This document shows, one piece after another, positions 1 to 13,684 of a stretch of DNA of 64,000 nucleotides. This stretch comes from the human T2T-CHM13v2.0 reference genome, Homo sapiens. The DNA lies in NCBI RefSeq assembly GCF_009914755.1, contig NC_060947.1. The stretch is one strand, 5' to 3'. The position numbers were made by a program, and so were the translations under genes. Each line of letters starts with the position of its first letter. Positions within the stretch are counted from its first letter, which is position 1. The notes below the pieces were generated by a model that saw only the letters and a list, made by a program, of their open reading frames with translations, ran no database searches and was not told the DNA's origin.

Positions 1-1323
1 ACAAATAACATACAATGGCGGTTCAATATATCTGGCAGCAGACATTTCAGCAGAAACTTTTCAGGCCAGAAAAGAGTAGCATGACATATTTAAAGTACTA
101 AAGGGAAAACAAAAATGTTTACCCTAGAATAGTATATCTGGTGAATTTACCCTTCAAACATGAAGAAATAAAAACTTTCTCAGACAAAGAAAAGTTGAGG
201 GATTTAATCAACACCAGATTTGTTCTACAAAAAAAAATGATAAAGGAAATACTTCAATTAAAAAAAAAGGATGTTAATGAACAACAAGAAAACAGCTAAA
301 GGTACAAAACTCACTGCTAATAGTAAGTACACAGAAAAACACAGAATATTATAACACTGTAACTGTGATGTGTAAACTACTCATACCTTAATTAGAAAGA
401 CTAAACAATGAACCAATAAAAATAATAACTTCAGCAACTTTTCAAGACATAGTGCAATAAGATATTAATAATAAAAGGTTTCAAAGCAGGGGAATGAAGT
501 TATAATGTACCGTCTTTATTGGTTTTTGTTTGTCTGTTTATGTAAACAGTGTTATGTTTTTATCAGGTTAAAATAATGGGTTATAAGAAAGTATTTGCAA
601 GCCTCATGTTCACCACAAATGTAAAACATACAATGGATACACACACAAAAAAAGCAAGAAATTAAATCATACCACTAGAGAAAATCACCTTCACTAAAAG
701 AAAGACAAGAAGGAAGGAAAGAAGGAAGGAAAGAAGGAAGAAAGAGAAGACCACAAAACAACCAGAAAACACATAACAAAATGACAAAATAGGTCTTTAC
801 TTATTAATAATAACATTGAATATAAATGGACTAAATTCTCCAATCAAAAGACATAGAGTGGCTGAATGGATAAGAAAACAAGCCCAATGATCTGTTGCCT
901 AGGAAAAACACACTTTACCTATAAATATACACAGACTGACAATAAAATGATAGAAAATGATACGCCATGAAAACAGAAACCAAAAAGAACAGAATTTACT
1001 CTTCTTATATCAAAGTATATTTCAAGGCAGAAACTATAAGAAGAGACAAAGAATTTCAATATATAATGATAAAGAGTCAATTTAGCAAGATAATACAACA
1101 ATTTGAAATTATGTATGTACCTAATGATAGAGCACCCAGATATAAAAAGCATATAATTTTTAGAGCTAAAGAGAGAGATAAACTGCAATACAATAATAGC
1201 TGGAGACTTCAACACTCTTCTTTCAGTGTTGACAGATCTGACAGAGAAAATCAACAAAAAAATGGGACTTAATTTGCACTATAGACCAAATGGATCTAAT
1301 AAATATGTATACAACATTTCATC

Positions 1324-1799
1324 TGTATTTGTCAGGGTTCTCTAGAGGGACAGAACTAATATGATAGATAGATAAATAGATAGATAGATAGATATAGATA
1401 GATACAAAGGGGAGTTTATTAAGTAGTATTATCTCACATGATCTCAAGGTCCCACAATAGGTCATCTGCAAGCTGAGGAGCAAGGAAGTCAGTCCGAGTC
1501 CCAAAGCTGAAGAACTTGGAGTCTAACATTTGAGGGCAGGAAGCATCCAGCACAGGATAAAGATATAGGCTGGGAGGCTAAGCCAGTCTACCCTTTTCAT
1601 ATTCTTCTGCCTGCTTTATATTCTGGCCATGCTGGCAGCTGATTAGATGGTGCCCACCCAGATTAAGGGTGGGTCTGCCTTTCCCAGTCCACTGACTCAA
1701 ATGTTAATCTCCTTTGGCAACACCCTCACAGACGCACCCAGGATCAATACTTTGCATCCTTCAATCCAATCAAGCTGACACTCAGTATTAACCATCATA
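1324..1799. mobile_element. MLT2A-like solo LTR (ERVL)
   Basis: Ends TGTATTTGTCAGGGTTCTCTAGAGGGACAGAAC and AGTATTAACCATCATA; 5-bp TSD TCATC (1319-1323/1800-1804); internal (GATA)n. Confidence 0.9.
1362..1404. repeat. (GATA)n microsatellite inside MLT2
   Basis: About 10 imperfect GATA units. Confidence 0.9.
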
Positions 1800-2213
1800 T
1801 CATCCAAGAGTTGCAGATTACACATTCACTTTCTCAGCCCACGGATTATTTTCAAGGATTGACCATAAGTTAGGTCACAAAACAAGTCGTAAAACATTCA
1901 AAAACTGAAATAATATCAAGTGTCTTCTTTGACCACAATGAAATAACCAAGGGAATATTGGAAACTATACATATAAATGGAAATTAATATGTGTTTAAAT
2001 GACCCGTGGGTCAATGAAGAAATTAAGAAGGAAATTAAACAATTTATTGAAACAAATGATAATGGAAACACAGCATAACAAAACCTATAGGATACAGCAA
2101 AATCAGTACCAAGAGGGAAGTATATAGCTATAAGTGCCTACATTTAAAAAAGAAGAAATTAAAAAAAAAAAAACCACCAAGCAATGCATTTAAAAAATAA
2201 ACGAGAAAAGCTA

Positions 2214-2495
2214 ACTGGGCACAACGGCTCATGCCTGTAAATCCAGCACTTTGGGAGGCTGAGATGGGAGACTTGAGTCTGGTGGTTTGAGACCAGCCTG
2301 GCAAAACCCCATCTCTATTAAAAATAAAAAAATTTAGCCGGCCATGGTGGCGCATGCCTGTAGTCCCACATACCTGGGTGACTGAGATGGGAGAATCACC
2401 TGTGCCTGTGAGGGCGAGGCTGCAGTGACCCACACAACTGTACTTTCAGCCTGGGCAACCAGAGTGAGACCCTGTCAAAAAAAAAAAAAAAAAAA
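2214..2495 (+). mobile_element. AluJ-type SINE
   Basis: Diverged dimeric Alu with poly-A; TSD AGAAAAGCTA. Confidence 0.9.
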
Positions 2496-3088
2496 CCTAG
2501 AAAAGCTAGAGCAAACCAAGCCTTAAATTACTAAAATAAATAAATAATAAAATTGGAGTAGAAACAAATGAAATTAAAATGAGTAATGCAATACAAAGAG
2601 CAATAAAATGAAAAGTTGTTTTTTGAAAAGTTAAACAAAATACACAAACTTTAGCCAGAGTAACTAAGAAAAAAGAAAGAAGATGTAAATAAAATCAGAG
2701 ATGAAAAGGGAGACATTACAACTGATATCTCAGTAATTCAAAGGATCATTAATGGGTATTATGAACATCTGTATGCCAATAAATTGAGAAATCTAGAAGA
2801 AATGGACAAACTCCCAAACACATACAACATACCAAGATAGAACCATGAAGAAATCCAAAACCTGAGCAGAAAAATAACAAGTAACAAGACCAAAACTGAA
2901 ATAAAAAGCCTCTCAGTAAAGAAAAGCCCAGGACCCAATGGCTTAGCTGCTAAATTCCACCAAACTTTTAATGAAGAACTAATATCAATCCTATTCAAAC
3001 TATTCCAAAAACTAGAGTAAAACAGCATACTTTCAAACTCATTCTATGAGACCAGGAATACCCTGATACCAAAACAAGGCAAAGACAC

Positions 3089-3123
<35 letters not shown>

Positions 3124-4191
3124 AAAAGCCAATATTCCTGATGAATATTTGCAAACTTCCCATCTGACAAGGGATCAGTAAACAATATATAAGGAGCTCA
3201 AACATATGAGAAATAGGAAAAAAGTTGTCATTTTTCTCTGGGAAAATGTCCAATAATCCAATTTAAAAATGGGCAAAAGATCTGCATAGACATTTCTCAA
3301 AAGAAGACATACGAATGGCAAACAGGTATATAAAAATGTGCTCAACACCACTGATCATCAGAGAAATGTCAATCAAAACTACAGTGTGATATCTTACCAC
3401 AGTCAAAATAAATTTTATCCAAAGACAGGCAATAACAAATGCTGGTGATCATGTGGAGAAAAGGGAATCATCATACACTGTTAGTGGAAATGTATTCTAG
3501 TACAACCACTATGGAGAACAGTTTGGAAGTTCATCAAAACACTAAATATAGAGCTACGATATGATCCAGCAATCCCACTACTGCGTATATACCCCTAGAA
3601 AAGGAAACTAGTATATCACAGAGATATTTGTACTCCCATAATTTTTGCAGCTATGTACACAATAGCTAAAATTAGAAAATAAACTAAGTGTCCATCAAAA
3701 GATGGATGAATAAAAATTGTGGTACATATATACAATGGGGTACTATTCGGACATACAAAAGAATGAGATTCACTAATTTGCAATAACTTGGATGAAACTG
3801 AAGGTCATTATGTTACCTGACATAAGCCAGTTACAGAAAGACAAGCATCACATGTTCTCACTTATTTGTAGGATCAAAAAATCAAAACAAACTTAGGGAT
3901 ATAGACAGTATAAGGATTGTTAAGAGAGGCTAGGAGGGGTACTGGTGGGGCTGGGTAATGTGTTCAAATAATAGAATGAATGAGCAAGTCCAAGCATTTG
4001 ATAGCACAACAGGGTGACTATAGTCAATAATAATTTAATTGTACATTTTAAGATAACTAAGAGTATAATTGGATTGTTTGTAACACAAGGGATAAATGCT
4101 TGAGGGGTGGATACCCCATTTTCTATGATGTGAATATTATTCATTGAATGCTTGTATCCAAACATCTCATATACCCCATAAATATATACAC

Positions 4192-6514
4192 TCATATAGT
4201 TTGGCTGTATCCCTACCCAAATCTTATCTTGAAATGTAGCTCCCTTAATTCCCATGTGTCATGAGAGGGACCTGGTGAGGGGGTAATTGAATAATGGGGG
4301 AAGGTCTTTTTCATGCTTTTCTTATGATAATGAATAAGTCTCATGAGATCTGACAGTTTTATAGAAGGGAGTTCCCCTGCACATGCCCTCTTGCCTGCTG
4401 CCATGCAAGATATGATTTTGTTCTTCATTCACTTTCCACTATGATTGTGAGGCCTCTCTAGCCATGTGGAACTGTGAGTCAGTTAAACTTCTACCCTTTA
4501 TAAATTACCCCAGCTCAGGTATGTCTTTATTAGCACACGAGAACAGACTAATACAGTAAATTGGTACCAGGTAGTGGGGAACTGCTGTAAAGATACCCCA
4601 AAATGTGGAAGTGACTTTGGAACCGGGTAACAAGCAGAGGTTGGAATAGTTTGGAGGACTCAGAAGAAGACAGAAATACGTGGAAAAGTTTGAAATTTCC
4701 TAGAGACTTGGAGGGCTCAGAAGACAGGAAGATGTGGGAAAGTTTGGAACTTCCTAGAGACTTGTCGAATGGCTTTGACCAAAATACTGATAATAATATG
4801 AACACTAAAGTCCAGATTGAGGTGTTCTCATATGGAGATGAAGAACTTGCTGGAATCTGGAGTAAAGGTCACTCTTGCTATGCAAAGAGACTGGTGGCAT
4901 TTTGCCCCTGTCATAAAGATCTGTGGAATTTTGAATTTGAGAGAGATGAATTAGTGTATCTGGCGGAAAAAAAATTCTAAGCAGCAGTGCATTCAAGAGG
5001 TGACACAGCATAAATTTTTGAAAAATTTGCAGCCTGATGATGCAGTAGAAAAGAAAAACCCATTTTCTGGGGAGAAATTCCAGCTAGCTGCAGAAATTTG
5101 CATAAGTAACAAGGAACCAAACTCTAATTACCAAGATAATGGGGAAAACGACTCCAGGGCATGTCAGAGACCTAAACAACAGCCCCTCCCATCACAGGTC
5201 CAGAGGCCTAGGAGAAAAAAAACGGTTTCCTGGGCCAGGTTCAGGGTCCCCCTGCTGTGTGCAGCCTAGGGACTTTGTGTCATGCATCTCAGCTGCTCCA
5301 GCCGTGGCATAAAGAGGCCAAGGTACAGTTCAGGCCATGGCTTCAGAGGGTGTAATCCCCTTTCCTTGGCAGGTTCCATGTAGTGTTGAGCCTGTGGGTA
5401 CACAGTAGTCAAGAATTGTGGTTTGGGAACCTCAACCTAGATTTCAGAGGATGTATGAAAATGCCTGGATGCCCAGGCAGAACTTTGCTGCAGGGGTGGG
5501 CCCCTCATGGAGATTGTCTGGTAGGTGAGTGCAAAAGAAAAATGTGGGGTTGGAGCCCCCACACAGAGTCCCCACTGGGACACTGCCAAGTGGAGCTATT
5601 AGAAGAGGACCACCATCCTCCAGAACCCAGAACCCATACGGTAGATCCACCAACAGCTTGCACCATGCACTGAGAAAAGCCACAGACACTCAACACCAGC
5701 CCCTAAAAGCAGCCAGGAGATGGGCTGTACCCTGCAAAGCCACAGGGGTTAAGCTTCCCAAGACCATGGAAACCCACCTCTTGCATCAACGTGACCTGGA
5801 TGGGAGATACAGAGTCAAAGGAGATCATTTTGGAGTGTTAAGATTTGATTGCCCCACTGGATTTTGGACTTGCATGGGGCCTGTAGCCCCTTTGTTTTGG
5901 CCAATGTCTCTCATTTGGAACAGAGTATTTACCCAATGCCTGTATCCCCATTGTATGTAGGAAGTAACTAACTTGCTTCTGGTTTTATAAGTTCATAGGT
6001 GGAAGGGACTTGCCTTGTCTCAGATGAGACTTTGGACTGTGGACTTTTGAGTTAATGCTGAAATGAGTTAAGACTTTGGGGAACTGTTGCGAAGGCATGA
6101 ATGGCTGTGAAATATGAAGACATGATACTTGGGAGCGGGGAAGGATGGAATGATATGGTTTAGCTGTGTCTCCACCTAAATCTCATCTTGAATTGTAGCT
6201 CTCATAATTTCCATGTGTTGTGGGAGGGACCCAGTGGGAGGTAATTGAATCATGGGGGTGGGTATTTCCCATGATGTTCTTGTAATGGTGAGTAAGTGTC
6301 ATGAGATCTGATGGTTTTATAAAGGGGAGTTGCCCTGCACACACCCTCTTTCCTGTCATCATGTAAGATGTGACTTTGCTCCTCATTTGCCTTCTGCCAT
6401 GATAGTGAGGCCTCTCTAGCCATGTGGAACTGTGAGTCAATTAAGCCTCTATCCTTTATAAATTACCCAGTCTTGGGTATGTCTTTATTAGCAGTGTGAG
6501 AACAGACTAGTTCA
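4192..6514 (+). mobile_element. Full THE1 MaLR element (LTR 4192-4555, internal 4556-6150, LTR 6151-6514)
   Basis: Two THE1 LTRs flanking THE1-int (starts GTAAATTGGTACCAG); TSD TACAC/TACAT. Confidence 0.95.
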
Positions 6515-7259
6515 TACATTTATTATGTATTCACAAAAATTAAATATAAAAATATTTTTAAAAAGAAATCAAAGAAAAATGTATTTCTAATTTCTGAAAC
6601 AACAAAGTGAGAGACTAAACACAAAAAAAGGATGACAGAATGAGGGACAGCAAGAGTGTTGGGCTAGTAAAGGGAGACATATTTTGAGATGGAGAGAATG
6701 GATCTTGAGGGAGCACACAGTGTATAATTCAAATAGGAGCTCACAATCTAAAAAGTCTGTAATAGTAATTGGGTATTGGGTCAGGAAGTCTATAAGAATA
6801 AATGGATTTTTTAAATATAACAAGAGCCCATTAAAACTAGCAAAGATAGATTTGCAGCAATCCCCATGAACATGGTTTGATAATGTTCTCAATGTTAATG
6901 TCTGTAGCTCATGATATGGTCTGTGAAAGGCAGCAGGGGTTAGCCAGGACACGATTTTTAATAAATACGTAAGATCAAAGGGATAAAAGACTCTAGGAAA
7001 AGAATAAATACCTCATTGAATTGCTTGACAGTAGAATTCTGGCTGAAGCTATATTAAGGGGCTAAAGTAGAAGACTGAAAATATAAGAGAAAGAGACATG
7101 AGGGAAAATGAAGGCAGAGAACACGTACAGCAAGACTGAAATAATAGGAGAACGAAAAGGATTGCAGTTTGAGATCAAACAGATTGTATTTTTTTTTTAG
7201 ATTTTTGAAATGGTCCTAGTAGATGACAAGAGCTAAAATTTTACATTTTACATTACAGT

Positions 7260-8230
7260 AGAGAGCCCTACACTTTTTCACATGGCTCATAAGGCTCTCC
7301 ATGATCTGAAATTCAACAATGTCTCTGGTTATTCACCTCACCACTCTTTTCCATATTATTAGCAGTCACAGTTGTTTTATTTCAGTCCTTTAAATATGGC
7401 CCCTTTTCTCAGTAGGACCTTAGCACTTTAGTCTATAAATATTTGAGTGCGTTTTATGTGACAGTCATTATTCTAAATGCCAAGGCTACAACAATGAACA
7501 GAACAAAAAGGTCCCTGCCTTCTTGGAGCTTATATTTTGGCAGCAGAAGTGTCATCAATCAAATAATTCATAAACATATTATTGCAAATAATTATAAGAA
7601 ATAAGAAAGAAAAGAACAGAGTACATTGGGAAACTGGAATATTGTCTTACCTCATTCTCCCTCCCCTACTAGACTCAACAAAATCCAGTTTATTTTCCAG
7701 GTTCAAAGTTAAATATCCTTTTTTCAGTGAAGCCTGTCTCTGACGATGCAGACTAGGTGATAGCTCCATGTAAGACACTATTATTGCATCTCCACTTCTC
7801 TTTCATAGCACTTACCAAAATTCTGAGTACTTGGCTGGGTGTGGTGGCTCATGCCTGTAATCCCAGCACTTTGGGAGGCTGAGGCGGGCAGAACACCTGA
7901 GGTCAGGAGTTGGAGACCAGTCTGGCCAATATGGCCAAACCCGGTCTCTACTAAAAATACAAAAAAATTATTCAGGCGTGGTGTCAGTCGCCTGTAATCC
8001 CAGCTTCTTGAGAGGCTGAGGCAACAGAATCGCTTGAACCCAGCAATCAGAGGTTGCAGTCAGCTGAGATCACGCCACTGCACCCCAGCCTGGGTGACAG
8101 AGTGGGACTTCATCTCAAAAAAAAAAAAAAAAGAATACTTGTTGAATATTTGTCCCTGATCATCTCATAGATTTAAGCACTGTGAAGGAAAAGACTGTGT
8201 CTGTTTTGTTCACCTCTGTGTATCCTCCTT
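7260..8230. mobile_element. L2 fragments
   Basis: L2 3'-end-like motifs (GTCCCTGCCTTCTTGGAGCTTATATT; CTGTGTCTGTTTTGTTCACCTCTGTGTATCC). Confidence 0.55.
7833..8133 (+). mobile_element. AluS (Sx/Sq-like)
   Basis: Full Alu with poly-A; imperfect TSD GAGTACTT/GAATACTT. Confidence 0.95.
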
Positions 8231-8849
8231 CTGGCCTATGAATTTGAAAGAGATGGGGAGGCAGAAAGAGAGGTTTAGTATTGTAGAGGGAGTTCAGGGT
8301 TTGTTTCATTTAAGACTAAGAGGTGATTGGAGTATTCCATGAATATATGAAAGCTATGAAGATGTTTATTTATAATGAAATAGATTTCTAAAGACACAGT
8401 AGAGGAGATATCAAGACTAGTGATTGGATGTGTCAGGAGAGAGGGGACAGGAACTATTATACAAGCAGGTGAGAATCAAATTAGCAAGATGTTTATTGAA
8501 CATTAAAGGAGTGAGAGAGTATAGAAGATAGTACATTTGGAAATACTGAGTTGAATGGGTCAGATATGGAACTAGCAATCCTTAATATTCTGAAAGTTTC
8601 ATGAATAAAGGCTCTATCTGTGCTCTTGGGTAGAGACAACTTATTTATATTCACAAACCAATTTCTTAAAATACAAAACATCCTGCAAATTATAAACAGT
8701 TGGTATTCATCACCCTCTTCCTGTTGTCAGTTTTTCTCTCCCCTTTTGGAGTTCCCCTTGTTAATCAGGTGCTTATAATCTTCACTACCAAACTCAGAAT
8801 GCATAAACCATGACCAATATCCTAGGAAATGCCCAGTGCTCTCCAATGC

Positions 8850-9011
8850 AAAACTTCTCAGTGATTAATGTGCATATGAATCACCTGGAGGCCGTTTTTA
8901 ATGAAGATTCTGATTTAGTAAGTCTGGGTGAGGCTTAACATTCTCCATCTCTAACAAACTTCCAGGTGACACTATTGCTGCTGGTCCACAGGCCACATTT
9001 AGAGTAGCAAG
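8850..9011. mobile_element. MER5-type hAT-Charlie DNA transposon
   Basis: Motifs GAATCACCTGG, GATTCTGATTTAGTAAGTCTGGG, GCTGCTGGTCCAC. Confidence 0.7.
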
Positions 9012-9020
9012 AATCTAGAT

Positions 9021-9403
9021 CAGCATTGACCAATATGGTAGCCACTAGCCACGTGTGGCTACTGAGCACTTTAAATTTGGCTAGTCCAAAGTAAAATTTT
9101 TTTAAGTGCTAAATACAGACTTAATTTCAAAGATTTAGTAAGAGAAAAGAATATAAAATATCTCAAATTTTTAATGTCACTTACATGCTGATTTTAATTT
9201 TATGATAATATGTTAAGTGTTATAAGTATAATTATTATATTTTATTCATATTATATTTATAATAATATTTGAAATATAGTAAGTTCAATACATTATTATA
9301 ATGATTTTTGCCTGTTTCTTTTTTTACTTTTTAAAAAAACGTGGCTAGTAGAACATTTAAAATGCCATATGTGGCTTGCATTATATTTCTATTGGACAGA
9401 GCT
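9021..9403. mobile_element. MER33-like hAT-Charlie element
   Basis: TIR-like ends CAGCATTGACCAATA / TATTGGACAGAGCTG; GTAGCCACTAGCCACGTGTGGCTAC motif. Confidence 0.75.
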
Positions 9404-9554
9404 GGCCAAGATCTTTTCTAAACATCTTTTCCCAAATTTAAACTTCTTTTTCTTATCCCCATTTACTCAGGGCCCTGAGAATTTGTATTCCAAAAAGCAG
9501 GTTAGTAGCTTGCCAATAAAGCCATGTCTTAAACTAAGAAATCTATCTGAAGTT

Positions 9555-11548
9555 ATATATACCACATATTCTTTATCCAGTCATCTGCTAAAGGACATTT
9601 GGGTTGATTCTACAACTTTGCTATTGTGAATAATTCTGCAATAAACATGTGAGTGCAGGCGTATTTTCAATATAATTGTTTCTTTTCCTTTGGGTAGATA
9701 CCCAGTAGTGGGATTCCTGGGTCAAATGGTATTTCTATTTTCAGTTCTATGAGATATCCCAATATTGTTTTCCATAGAGGTTTACTGATTTACATTCCCA
9801 TCCACGGTGCATAAGCATGCCGTTTTCTCCACATCCATGTCGATATCTCTTGTTTTTCTGACTTATTTATAATAGCCATTCTAACTGGTGTGAGATGACA
9901 TCTCATTGTGGTTTTAATTTGCATTTTTCTGATGATTAGTGATGTTGAGCATTTCTTCATATGTGCTTTGGCCATTTGTGTGTCTTCTTCTTTTGAAAAA
10001 AAAAAGGCTGTTCTTGTCCTTTGCCCCCTTTTTAATAAGGTTATGTGTGGGTTTTTTGAGTTGTTTGAGTTCCTTGTAAATTCTGGATATTAGTCATTTG
10101 CCAGATATAGTTTGCAAATATTTTCTCCCATTCTGCAGATTGTCTGTTCACTCTGTTGTTTTGCTCTGCAGAAGGTTTTCCATTTAATTAAGTCCCATTT
10201 GTCTATTTTTGTTTTTGTTGCATATGCTTTTGAGGTCTTAGTCATAAATTTTCTGTGTAAGCCAATGTCCAGAAGACTTTTCCTAGGTTTTCTTCTAGTA
10301 CTTTTTTAATGGTAAGATTGAATCAGTAATAAAAATCTCCTAACGAAAGAAAAATCTCAGGACCAGATGGTTTCACAGCCAACTTCTATCAGATGGACAA
10401 AGAAAATCTGGTACCAATCCTACTGAAACCATCCCAAAAAAATCAAGGAGGAGGGATCTCTCCCTACCTCATTATATGAAGTCAGTATCACCCTCATAGC
10501 AAAGCCAAACAAAGACACAACAACAACAAAAGAAAACTACAGACCAATCTCCCTGATGAACATTGATGCAAATATCCTCAACAAAATACTAGCAAACTGA
10601 ATTCAACATCACATCAAAAAGATAATACACCACAATCAAGTGAGTTTCATCCAAAGGATGCAAGTAGATTTCAACATATGCAAACTAATAAATGTGGTTA
10701 ACCACATACAAAATAAAAATTCAAAACAAAATAAAATCATAAACCATATGATCATCTGAATAGATGCATGAAAAACATCTGATAAAATTTAGCAGCACTT
10801 CATGATAAAAGCCCTCAACAACTAGGCACAGAAGGAACATACCACAAAATAATAAAAGTCATTTATGAAAAACCCACAGCCAACATCCTATTGAACATCA
10901 AGCTGAGAGCCAAATCAGGAAGTCAGCCTCATTTGTAATACCTACAAAAAACTAAAATACCTAGGAATACATTTAACCAAGAAGGTGAAAGACCTTTATA
11001 AGGAAAACTACAAAACACTGATTACATAAATTGTAGATGACATAAATACATGGAAAAATACCCCATACTCATGGATAAGAAGAATCAGTATGTGAAAATG
11101 GCTATCTTGCAGAAGGCAGTCTACAGATGCCAATGTCATTTTCCAAAGAATTAGAAAAAATAATCTTAAAATTCATATGAAACCAGAAAAGAGCCCTAAT
11201 AGCCAAAGCCATCCTAATAGAAAAGAACAAAGCCAAAGGCATCACATTAACAGACTTCAAATTATACTATAAAGTTATAGTAACCAAAATAGCATAGTAT
11301 TGGTATAAAAATGGACACATAGACCAATGAAACAGAATAGAAAACTCAGAAATAAATTCACATACCTACCGCCAACTGATCTACAAAGTCGACAAAAGCA
11401 CACTGGGGAAAGAATACCCTATTCAATAAATGGTGCTGGGAAAATTGGAATGTCATATGCGGAGTAGTGAAACTGGATCCTTATCTCTCATCATATGCAA
11501 AAATTAACTCAAGATGGAGCAAGACTTAAATATAAGACCTGAAATTAC
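9555..11548 (-). mobile_element. 5'-inverted L1 (L1PB-like) ORF2 relic: minus segment 9555-10306, plus segment 10307-11548
   Basis: Strand switch at ~10307; the two segments are contiguous in L1 coordinates. Confidence 0.85.
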
Positions 11549-11780
11549 AGGTGAAGTTTTAATGGCTGTTAAAGTCATAAAGCAGTCTTATGCCACAATA
11601 ATGTGCCAGAGACACTCACATTTAGTCCACAAAGAATTATGTTTATACCTTAATCCATGTAAATTTTAGTCAAAACTTAGATGCTGACAAAAAGCCAGTA
11701 TGTAATCCATACTGCTTACGCATTTGCCCCATGGCAGCTGAACAAAAACCAAGAGTCATGTAGCACTACAGGTCCTGAAA

Positions 11781-11966
11781 TAGGGTGTCCAGATTTAGCA
11801 AATAAATATGAAGGATGCCCAGTTAAATTTGTACTTCAGATAAACAATGAATAACATTTTAGTATACGTGTACCCCATTTAGGACATTCTTATATAAATT
11901 ATTAACTGTTTATCTGAAGTAGGAGTTTAACTGGGCATCCAATATTTTATCTGAAAATTCTACCCC
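11781..11966. mobile_element. MER53 palindromic hAT MITE
   Basis: Starts TAGGGTGTCCAGATTTAGCAAATAAA; internal inverted repeats GGATGCCCAGTTAAA/TTTAACTGGGCATCC and CTTCAGATAAACA/TGTTTATCTGAAG. Confidence 0.85.
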
Positions 11967-12420
11967 GACAAAGCTTTCTACATCTCTTTACTAAACTGTG
12001 GTTTAACCAGTTGGCATAATTGACTAATGTATTTGAATGTATCAATAGCTTCCATGCAGGAGAACTTATCCTACTTTTCTTCCATTATGTTAATATTTGA
12101 ATTAAAAAAATCATTCACAAGAAAATCAGACTTTCTTTTGGACTTTAAGGTTGGGAGGCTTTGATAGCTCATAGTTCAAAAACTACTGAAAATTCTACCC
12201 TGACAAAGCTTTCTACATCTCTTTACTAAACTGTGGTTTAACCAGTTGGCATAATTGATTAATGTATTTGAATGTATCAATAGCTTCCATGCAGGAGAAG
12301 TTATCCTACTTCTTTTCCATTATGTTAATATTTGAATTAAAAAAATCATTCACAAGAAAATCAGACTTTCTTTTGGACTTTAAGGTTGGGAGACTTTGTC
12401 AGCTCATAGTTCAAAAACTA
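11951..12420. repeat. 235-bp direct tandem duplication (11951-12185, 12186-12420)
   Basis: Manual alignment gives 8 mismatched positions. Confidence 0.97.
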
Positions 12421-13684
12421 TAGTGTTTTAAGGCTGTTCTTATCCTTGAATTGATACTTTTTGTCGCCTTTCACAATTGCCATCCTCAAAGCCAATGAAA
12501 AATAAAAATCAATTTAATTAAGATTAAAACTATTGAATAAAATTTTCCTTTGGGATTACCAGCTTCTTGTGTACCTTGACATGAAGATAGACATGACATG
12601 ACTTGCTGATAGAGTCAGGGGCAAGATAACTCACATCACAGGGCCAAGAATCCATCTTTTCCGGAGATCTTGTGATCCCAGATGATTTCACTCAGAACTC
12701 AAACTTTAGTTTGGCATTTTTATGGATTTCAGATGTAATATTATCTAGACTAATAGCACTTGATCATGACACTGTCCTGGTACACAGGGAAAACTAGTAA
12801 AAGTTCAAGGATTTTACCTTCTCTATTTCTTCCTTTGGCCCAAGCTGGCCGGCAGTAAGCATATTTACTCAGGGAAGGTTGAAATAATAAAACCTCTCTT
12901 CTGACAACAATGTGAAACACTTAATGATTTCACTTTCTGCTCCTGGCCTGTTGCACCCATGCTGAAGCATGTCAGAATGTTCAATTTTGTTTCCTTATTT
13001 TTCCCCTGAGGAGAGGGTGGCATTAAGTTTTCATACTGAATGATAAACCTATCTCATTTAAATAACAAACTGAATGAAATCCCTTCTTATTTGCTTTTTA
13101 AAAATATGAAAGACATTTTTCTAGATGTCAGGTAGTGCATTGGGAACATGCATTTAAATCTCATTACTCTAATGGGAATAAAGTACAGAAGTACAAATAG
13201 GAAGAAACCTATAGCAACTAAGAGAACAGAAGGGAGGGTCACCAACAAATGAAAAATTACTAAATATTTTAGGAGAATAAAATGTGGAGATGAGAGACAT
13301 CTGTTGAATATTGCACTCTTAAATAGAAAAGGAAAATGTCTCTCTTACTCCAAAATAATTAAAATGTTTAATAATATTTTGTAAAATTTTGCCACACTTT
13401 ATAGAACTGCTTGATCCTAAAGAATATATATATTTCTGTGTAAATATATGTGTATGTATATATGTAGTATATGTCTGTGTACATATAAACATACTTTGAT
13501 AAAATCAAATAGTTTTACAAAATTTATTATTAAAAACATTAGCCTTCCCCACAACTTACCCTCAGATCCCAAGACTACTCCTTTCAACAAATTAAATTAC
13601 TTCTGAAACTAACTTTGTATTAAACAAAAACATTATCATACTTTGTTTATGTTCATTATTAGATATAACTCTATGACTTCATTT

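Larger units (their letters stand above)
1..6570 (+). mobile_element. Degraded L1MA-type LINE-1 (ORF1 3' part, ORF2, 3' UTR), interrupted by MLT2, Alu and THE1
   Basis: L1 ORF1/ORF2-like sequence with many stops; L1MA-type 3' UTR at ~3900-4190 resumes after THE1 and ends in an A-rich tail at ~6535-6570. Confidence 0.9.

Noticed and set aside
4650-4765. ~55-bp direct repeat in THE1-int
   Set aside because: To my recall a common feature of some THE1 internal subfamilies, not locus-specific
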